Shown here: positions 58,140 through 64,000 of the stretch, one piece after another | How positions within the stretch are numbered: the first letter of the stretch is position 1 | Layout: each line of letters starts with the position of its first letter | Assembly (NCBI RefSeq): GCF_000009045.1 | Contig: NC_000964.3 | Coordinates: forward strand, 1,612,001-1,676,000 | Reading direction: 5' to 3' | Source: Bacillus subtilis subsp. subtilis str. 168 | GTDB taxonomy: Bacteria > Bacillota > Bacilli > Bacillales > Bacillaceae | DNA length: 64,000 bases | Program-made: the position numbers and the translations under genes | The notes under the pieces: generated by a model | Seen by the model: the letters and a program-made list of their open reading frames with translations, nothing else | The model's database searches: none | Told to the model about the DNA's origin: nothing

Positions 58140-59129
58140 ATGAGCTTTTTTAAAAAATTAAAAGAGAAAATCACAAAACAGACAGATTCCGTATCTGAAA
58201 AGTTTAAGGATGGCCTTGAAAAAACAAGAAACTCCTTTCAAAACAAAGTGAATGATCTTGTATCCCGTTACCGTAAAGTGGATGAGGATTTCTTCGAAGA
58301 GCTTGAAGAGGTTCTTATCAGCGCGGATGTCGGTTTTACAACCGTTATGGAATTAATAGATGAGCTGAAAAAAGAAGTCAAACGCAGAAATATTCAAGAT
58401 CCAAAGGAAGTCCAGTCAGTGATTTCTGAGAAACTGGTCGAGATTTATAACAGCGGAGATGAGCAAATTTCAGAACTGAACATCCAGGATGGGCGTTTAA
58501 ACGTAATCCTTCTGGTAGGTGTAAACGGCGTCGGGAAAACAACAACGATCGGAAAGCTTGCTCATAAAATGAAACAAGAAGGAAAATCTGTTGTACTTGC
58601 CGCCGGAGACACTTTTAGAGCGGGAGCCATTGAACAGCTGGAAGTATGGGGAGAGCGTACAGGAGTGCCTGTCATTAAGCAGACGGCAGGAAGCGATCCG
58701 GCGGCTGTCATCTACGATGCTGTTCATGCTGCGAAAGCAAGAAATGCCGATGTATTAATTTGTGATACGGCAGGGCGTCTCCAAAACAAAGTAAATCTCA
58801 TGAAAGAGCTTGAAAAAGTAAAACGTGTTATCGAAAGAGAAGTTCCTGAAGCTCCGCATGAGGTGCTGCTTGCCCTTGATGCCACGACCGGCCAAAATGC
58901 AATGGCTCAGGCAAAAGAATTCTCTAAAGCAACAAATGTTACCGGCATTGCTTTAACGAAGCTTGACGGTACGGCAAAAGGCGGTATCGTCCTTGCGATT
59001 CGCAACGAGCTTCACATCCCGGTTAAACTAGTCGGTTTAGGAGAAAAAGTTGATGACCTTCAGGAATTTGATCCAGAATCCTATGTGTACGGACTCTTTT
59101 CAGATTTAGTGGAAAAAGCCGACGATTAA
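58140..59129 (+). CDS. ftsY: SRP receptor FtsY
   Basis: GVNGVGKTT, DTFRAGA, DTAGR and TKLDGTAKGG motifs. Confidence 0.99.
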   Translation: MSFFKKLKEKITKQTDSVSEKFKDGLEKTRNSFQNKVNDLVSRYRKVDEDFFEELEEVLISADVGFTTVMELIDELKKEVKRRNIQDPKEVQSVISEKLVEIYNSGDEQISELNIQDGRLNVILLVGVNGVGKTTTIGKLAHKMKQEGKSVVLAAGDTFRAGAIEQLEVWGERTGVPVIKQTAGSDPAAVIYDAVHAAKARNADVLICDTAGRLQNKVNLMKELEKVKRVIEREVPEAPHEVLLALDATTGQNAMAQAKEFSKATNVTGIALTKLDGTAKGGIVLAIRNELHIPVKLVGLGEKVDDLQEFDPESYVYGLFSDLVEKADD

Positions 59130-59130
59130 G

Positions 59131-59167
59131 AAAAAGGCCCCAACATCTTGGGGCCTTTTTCTTTTTT
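59131..59167. terminator. Bidirectional terminator between convergent ftsY and ylqB
   Basis: Perfect 13-bp stem AAAAAGGCCCCAA-catc-TTGGGGCCTTTTT. Confidence 0.95.
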
Positions 59168-59651
59168 ATCTTCTTACTTGATAGGCGAAATGATAAAGGC
59201 TGTTATCAGTGGATACCAGTCTTGACTCACCAGAAAAAACTCTGAATGGGATGATGTCATAGTAATGAACGGAAACAGATGTGTAATACGTATAGTAACC
59301 AGCAGCTGGCCCCAAATACATTGGAACCTCAAATGTTCCGTTTGCATCAGTCGTTCCTGAAGCAGTTTGTGTTGTGTTTCCGACCTTCGTGTCCGCTTCA
59401 AATCTTACGGGCGCGTTTGGCACTGGCTGTCCGTTTTGGTCGAGTAATTTGCCGCTTACTGTAATATTGTACTTGACTCGCCAATATTGACCTTGTCCGT
59501 AATTGATTTTACCGTATACCCCTCCATCTGTGCTGATATTTGTGATTGAGGCCTTATAAGGTGCCTCAGCAGCGTCTGCTTGCTGTGCCGGGAAACCTAT
59601 TGTAAACAGGGCTGCCAGACATAACATAAACAATAAACCGATTTTTTTCAT
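59166..59651 (-). CDS. ylqB: Secreted protein YlqB, 161 aa, probable Ig-like fold
   Basis: Sec signal MKKIGLLFMLCLAALFTIGFPAQQADA|A; beta-rich mature part (VSGKLLDQNGQPVPNAPVRF...TTDANGTF); SD AAGGAGG. Confidence 0.92.
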   Translation of the reverse strand: MKKIGLLFMLCLAALFTIGFPAQQADAAEAPYKASITNISTDGGVYGKINYGQGQYWRVKYNITVSGKLLDQNGQPVPNAPVRFEADTKVGNTTQTASGTTDANGTFEVPMYLGPAAGYYTYYTSVSVHYYDIIPFRVFSGESRLVSTDNSLYHFAYQVRR

Positions 59652-59683
59652 AAAAATCCTCCTTAAAATAGGGTTCATATACA

Positions 59684-59711
59684 ATATCGGAATAAATTGG
59701 ATGATATTTAG
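59684..59711 (-). promoter_or_regulatory. SigD-type promoter of ylqB
   Basis: CTAAA, 15 nt, TCCGATAT on the minus strand (consensus TAAA-N15-GCCGATAT). Confidence 0.85.
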
Positions 59712-59754
59712 CGTATTTTGGAAAAGTTAATCGCCGCTTTGACAAGATAAAAAC

Positions 59755-59783
59755 TTGACAGTGTCATTAAAACCGTGTAAACT
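59755..59783 (+). promoter_or_regulatory. SigA promoter of ylxM-ffh
   Basis: TTGACA, 17 nt, TAAACT. Confidence 0.85.
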
Positions 59784-59827
59784 AAGTTATCGTAAAGGGA
59801 TTTGACTTAACAAAGGGGAGAGCTCAA

Positions 59828-60160
59828 ATGTCACTCGAAAAGACAACGAGAATGAATTATCTGTTTGATTTTTATCAGTCGTTGTTGACGTCAAAACAGA
59901 AGAGCTATATGTCGCTTTATTATTTGGACGATTTCTCCCTAGGCGAAATAGCCGAAGAATATGAGGTTTCAAGACAAGCTGTTTATGATAACATCAAACG
60001 AACAGAAGCAATGCTTGAACAATATGAAGAAAAGCTGCTCCTTTTGAAAAAGTTTCAGGAGCGTAAAGAGATGTTTAATAAGCTGAAGGAGCTTGCTTCC
60101 GGTTCAAAAGAAGAGGAAGAAATTACAGCTCTGATTGAAGCGCTTGAGAAATTAGATTAG
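59828..60160 (+). CDS. ylxM: SRP-associated HTH protein YlxM
   Basis: [13 protein letters not shown] and [22 protein letters not shown] motifs; directly upstream of ffh. Confidence 0.96.
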   Translation: MSLEKTTRMNYLFDFYQSLLTSKQKSYMSLYYLDDFSLGEIAEEYEVSRQAVYDNIKRTEAMLEQYEEKLLLLKKFQERKEMFNKLKELASGSKEEEEITALIEALEKLD

Positions 60161-60173
60161 GAGGCGGCAAACT

Positions 60174-61514
60174 ATGGCATTTGAAGGATTAGCCGACCGA
60201 CTGCAGCAGACGATTTCTAAAATCCGCGGAAAAGGGAAAGTCAGCGAACAAGATGTAAAAGAGATGATGCGTGAGGTCCGTCTTGCGCTGCTTGAGGCTG
60301 ACGTTAACTTTAAAGTAGTCAAGGATTTTGTCAAAAAAGTAAGTGAACGCGCTGTAGGCCAAGACGTCATGAAAAGTCTGACGCCCGGCCAGCAGGTCAT
60401 TAAAGTTGTTCAAGAGGAACTGACTGAGCTGATGGGCGGCGAAGAGAGCAAAATCGCCGTCGCAAAAAGGCCGCCGACTGTTATTATGATGGTCGGTCTC
60501 CAAGGTGCCGGTAAAACGACAACAAGCGGTAAGCTTGCGAATCTGCTGCGCAAAAAGCATAATCGCAAACCGATGCTGGTTGCTGCCGATATTTACCGCC
60601 CAGCCGCAATTAAGCAGCTGGAAACACTCGGCAAACAGCTTGATATGCCTGTTTTCTCTCTTGGCGATCAGGTCAGTCCTGTAGAAATAGCTAAACAGGC
60701 TATTGAGAAAGCCAAGGAAGAACATTATGACTACGTCATTTTGGATACGGCAGGGCGCTTGCATATCGACCATGAACTGATGGATGAACTGACCAACGTC
60801 AAAGAAATCGCGAATCCGGAAGAAATTTTCCTGGTTGTCGATTCAATGACCGGTCAGGACGCTGTGAATGTTGCCAAAAGCTTTAATGAACAGCTCGGTT
60901 TAACCGGTGTTGTGTTGACTAAGCTGGATGGAGACACACGCGGCGGGGCTGCGCTTTCTATTCGCGCTGTCACAAACACGCCAATTAAGTTTGCAGGTTT
61001 GGGCGAAAAGCTTGATGCGTTAGAGCCGTTCCATCCTGAACGCATGGCATCAAGGATTCTCGGCATGGGCGACGTGCTGACATTGATTGAAAAAGCACAG
61101 GCCAGCGTTGATGAAGACAAAGCCAAAGAGCTGGAACAAAAAATGAGAACGATGAGCTTCACATTGGACGATTTTCTGGAGCAGCTCGGGCAAGTCAGAA
61201 ACATGGGGCCGCTTGATGAGCTTCTGCAAATGATGCCGGGTGCAGGTAAAATGAAGGGCCTGAAAAACATCCAAGTTGATGAAAAACAGCTGAATCATGT
61301 GGAAGCAATCATCAAATCAATGACTGTTCTTGAAAAAGAACAGCCGGATATTATCAATGCCAGCCGGCGGAAGCGGATTGCAAAAGGAAGCGGGACATCC
61401 GTACAGGAAGTCAACCGTCTGCTTAAGCAGTTTGATGAAATGAAAAAAATGATGAAGCAGATGACAAACATGTCAAAAGGCAAGAAAAAAGGGTTTAAGC
61501 TACCTTTTATGTAA
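60174..61514 (+). CDS. ffh: Signal recognition particle protein Ffh
   Basis: GLQGAGKTT, DTAGR and TKLDGDTRGG motifs; Met-rich M domain. Confidence 0.99.
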   Translation: MAFEGLADRLQQTISKIRGKGKVSEQDVKEMMREVRLALLEADVNFKVVKDFVKKVSERAVGQDVMKSLTPGQQVIKVVQEELTELMGGEESKIAVAKRPPTVIMMVGLQGAGKTTTSGKLANLLRKKHNRKPMLVAADIYRPAAIKQLETLGKQLDMPVFSLGDQVSPVEIAKQAIEKAKEEHYDYVILDTAGRLHIDHELMDELTNVKEIANPEEIFLVVDSMTGQDAVNVAKSFNEQLGLTGVVLTKLDGDTRGGAALSIRAVTNTPIKFAGLGEKLDALEPFHPERMASRILGMGDVLTLIEKAQASVDEDKAKELEQKMRTMSFTLDDFLEQLGQVRNMGPLDELLQMMPGAGKMKGLKNIQVDEKQLNHVEAIIKSMTVLEKEQPDIINASRRKRIAKGSGTSVQEVNRLLKQFDEMKKMMKQMTNMSKGKKKGFKLPFM

Positions 61515-61553
61515 TCGGTTATACATGATAAAACCGTTGTTAAGAAAAAACAC

Positions 61554-61582
61554 TTTACAAACACTTTTATCATTGTTAATAT
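61554..61582 (+). promoter_or_regulatory. SigA promoter of rpsP-khpA
   Basis: TTTACA, 17 nt, TAATAT with extended -10 TG. Confidence 0.75.
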
Positions 61583-61595
61583 ACTATCTTGTTGA

Positions 61596-61891
<296 letters not shown>

Positions 61892-61892
<1 letters not shown>

Positions 61893-62137
61893 TGACTGAT
61901 CAACACTTGGAAGATTTGATTGTCCACATTGTGACGCCGCTTGTTGATCATCCAGATGACATTCGCGTCATAAGAGAAGAAACCGATCAAAAGATTGCGC
62001 TGCGCTTATCTGTCCATAAGTCAGATACCGGTAAAGTTATCGGAAAGCAAGGCCGGACTGCAAAAGCGATTCGAACAGCTGTATTTGCAGCTGGCGTACA
62101 GTCTTCTAAGAAAGTTCAATTTGAAATATTTGACTAA
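61892..62137 (+). CDS. khpA: KH-domain RNA-binding protein KhpA (YlqC)
   Basis: GKVIGKQGRTAKAIR KH motif; TAATG coupling to rpsP. Confidence 0.96.
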
Positions 62138-62168
62138 AAGGGAGAGGGCCGGCACCTCCCCTTTTTTT
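62136..62168 (+). terminator. Intrinsic terminator after khpA
   Basis: AAGGGAGAGG...CCTCCCC followed by 7 T. Confidence 0.85.
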
Positions 62169-62258
62169 ACACGCAAAAAAAGGGTAAACTGATAGAAGCT
62201 TAGGCAAAATAGAAAAGCCTGGACGAGTAAAAGTTTTAAAAGCGGGGAGCTTGGTGCG

Positions 62259-62645
62259 ATGCAAATTATTCACCGTGTAGCCGTTATGCAAGTCTTAACC
62301 GAGCGCAGTAAAGAAAAGCTTTTAGCTTCTTTTGCTGAGAAGAAACAAATGCTTGAACGAGAATGCAGCCAGCTCTATTTTCAGCTTAGAAAACATGAGA
62401 AAGAACAGCAAAACCCTAATATGATTGAACAATTTAAAAAGGCAATAGAAAAGCGAAAAGATGATATAAAAATCATTGATTTTCAAATTGCTCAAGTACA
62501 TACATTGCCGCTTGGCAGTGAGTTGAAAGAAAAGGAAGTCGATGCGCTGCTGACGATTGAAGCCGGGGATGACTGGCATGAGAAAACAGCAGCGAACACC
62601 ATCGTCATAAAAGACGGAAAAGTAATTGAAATTCGCCAGAGGTGA
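62259..62645 (+). CDS. ylqD: YlqD family protein of unknown function
   Basis: Coiled-coil core and C-terminal [12 protein letters not shown]; SD GGGGAG; located between khpA and rimM. Confidence 0.9.
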   Translation: MQIIHRVAVMQVLTERSKEKLLASFAEKKQMLERECSQLYFQLRKHEKEQQNPNMIEQFKKAIEKRKDDIKIIDFQIAQVHTLPLGSELKEKEVDALLTIEAGDDWHEKTAANTIVIKDGKVIEIRQR

Positions 62646-62649
62646 TCAT

Positions 62650-63174
62650 ATGACAAAGCGATGGTTTAATGTAGGCAAAATCGTAAATACCCACGGAATC
62701 AAAGGCGAAGTGCGGGTGATTTCAAAAACAGATTTTGCCGAAGAACGATACAAGCCGGGAAACACGCTGTATTTGTTTATGGACGGCCGTAACGAACCAG
62801 TGGAGGTAACGGTAAACACACATAGACTGCATAAGCAATTTCATCTCCTGCAGTTTAAAGAAAGACAAAACCTAAATGAAGTAGAAGAGCTGAAAAACGC
62901 AATCATTAAAGTTCCTGAAGAAGAATTAGGAGAGCTGAATGAGGGTGAATTTTATTTCCACGAAATTATTGGGTGTGAAGTATTTACTGAAGAAGGCGAA
63001 CTCATCGGAAAGGTCAAAGAAATTTTGACGCCTGGAGCCAATGACGTTTGGGTCATCGGACGAAAAGGAAAAAAAGACGCACTCATTCCTTACATTGAAT
63101 CAGTGGTTAAACATATCGATGTCAGGGAAAAGAAAATTGAGATTGAACTCATGGAAGGGTTAATAGACGAATGA
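62650..63174 (+). CDS. rimM: 16S rRNA processing protein RimM, 174 aa
   Basis: [21 protein letters not shown] and GANDVWV motifs. Confidence 0.99.
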   Translation: MTKRWFNVGKIVNTHGIKGEVRVISKTDFAEERYKPGNTLYLFMDGRNEPVEVTVNTHRLHKQFHLLQFKERQNLNEVEELKNAIIKVPEEELGELNEGEFYFHEIIGCEVFTEEGELIGKVKEILTPGANDVWVIGRKGKKDALIPYIESVVKHIDVREKKIEIELMEGLIDE

Positions 63175-63902
63175 AAATCGATTTTTTGACGCTGTTTCCC
63201 GAAATGTTTGAAGGCGTGCTCGGCTCATCGATTCTTCAAAAAGCCCAGGAAAAAGATGCGGTGCAGTTTCAAGTCGTAAATTTCCGAGAGTACTCTGATA
63301 ACAAGCACAATACTGTTGATGATTATCCTTATGGCGGCGGGGCAGGCATGGTTCTCAAGCCCCAGCCTGTTTTTGACGCGGTCGAGGACCTGACATCAAA
63401 GGCAGCCGCTGCTCCGCGTATTATCCTCGTATGCCCGCAAGGTGAGCGTTTTACCCAAAAAAAAGCCGAACAATTAGCTAAGGAAGAGCATTTGCTGTTC
63501 ATTTGCGGCCACTATGAAGGCTATGATGAACGCATTCGCGAGCACTTGGTAACGGATGAAATATCAATTGGCGACTTTGTTCTGACGGGCGGTGAGCTCC
63601 CTGCAATGATGATCGCAGACAGTGTGGTCAGACTGCTTCCGGGTGTACTGGGTAAAGAGGCTTCCCATATTGAGGATTCCTTCAGCACCGGACTTTTAGA
63701 GCACCCGCATTATACAAGACCGGCAGATTACAAAGGTTTAAAAGTGCCTGAAACACTCTTGTCAGGAAACCATGCAAAAATTGAAGAATGGCGGAATAAA
63801 GAATCGATCAGAAGGACCTACCTAAGACGTCCGGATCTGTTGAAAGACCACCCGCTTACAGAGCAGCAAAGAAAGTGGATTTCTGAATGGGAAAAAGAAT
63901 AG
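63171..63902 (+). CDS. trmD: tRNA (guanine-N1) methyltransferase
   Basis: [29 protein letters not shown] and YTRP motifs. Confidence 0.99.
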   Translation: MKIDFLTLFPEMFEGVLGSSILQKAQEKDAVQFQVVNFREYSDNKHNTVDDYPYGGGAGMVLKPQPVFDAVEDLTSKAAAAPRIILVCPQGERFTQKKAEQLAKEEHLLFICGHYEGYDERIREHLVTDEISIGDFVLTGGELPAMMIADSVVRLLPGVLGKEASHIEDSFSTGLLEHPHYTRPADYKGLKVPETLLSGNHAKIEEWRNKESIRRTYLRRPDLLKDHPLTEQQRKWISEWEKE

Positions 63903-63908
63903 ATTTTA

Positions 63909-63937
63909 TTGCATAGGCTATGAAATTGTGATAAGAT
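63909..63937 (+). promoter_or_regulatory. SigA promoter for the next gene (expected rplS, beyond the window)
   Basis: TTGCAT, 17 nt, TAAGAT with extended -10 TG. Confidence 0.75.
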
Positions 63938-63980
63938 ACTACTTGTGGCTTAAGCGGGCTTATCCGCTGCAAGCTTGAAA

Positions 63981-64000
63981 ACGATGTTCCGCTGTGCCGG
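63981..64000 (+). promoter_or_regulatory. 5' part of the L19 (rplS) leader, truncated by the window end
   Basis: ACGATGTTCCGCTGTG resembles the recalled L19 leader start. Position after trmD fits the rpsP-rimM-trmD-rplS order. Confidence 0.55.

Noticed and set aside
60189-60773. 194-aa antisense ORF opposite ffh, plus similar ones (23423-23998, 44510-45010, 32488-32988, 22184-22672, 6238-6723)
   Set aside because: They lie wholly opposite conserved genes, lack SDs and recognisable motifs, and show the composition typical of shadow frames.

Overview
This is core-genome DNA from Bacillus subtilis (168-like, recognised from protein sequences and gene order; from memory about 1.612-1.676 Mb, right replichore). 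It holds 63 protein-coding genes, 60 on the + strand. Gene order: ylmH (3' part)-divIVA-ileS (T-box)-ylyA-lspA-rluD; the pyr operon with three PyrR attenuators; the cysH operon (S-box, CymR-like box); rqcH (minus strand); tcaB; yloC-remA-gmk-rpoZ-coaBC-priA-defA-fmt-rsmB-rlmN-prpC-prkC-cpgA-rpe-thiN; spoVM; rpmB (minus strand); yloU-fakA-sdaAB-sdaAA-recG; fapR-plsX-fabD-fabG-acpA-rnc-smc-ftsY; ylqB (minus strand); ylxM-ffh-rpsP-khpA-ylqD-rimM-trmD; and the start of the rplS leader. I saw no tRNA, rRNA, CRISPR array, IS, prophage, defence island, frameshift or pseudogene, and I cannot support a claim that a large new system is present. The best second-look items are small. (1) Three unrelated C4 zinc ribbons (IleRS C-terminus, YlyA, L28) each keep only their first Cys. 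(2) Two unannotated Cys-containing short ORFs lie in non-coding parts of the cysteine operon. (3) The secreted Ig-like ylqB, with a SigD-type promoter, interrupts the ftsY-ylxM-ffh cluster. (4) The yloU-fakA pair sits beside the lipid synthesis genes. (5) pyrE probably starts at a TTG downstream of the ORF-track start. Coordinates were counted by hand, and motif consensus sequences are from memory rather than database searches.
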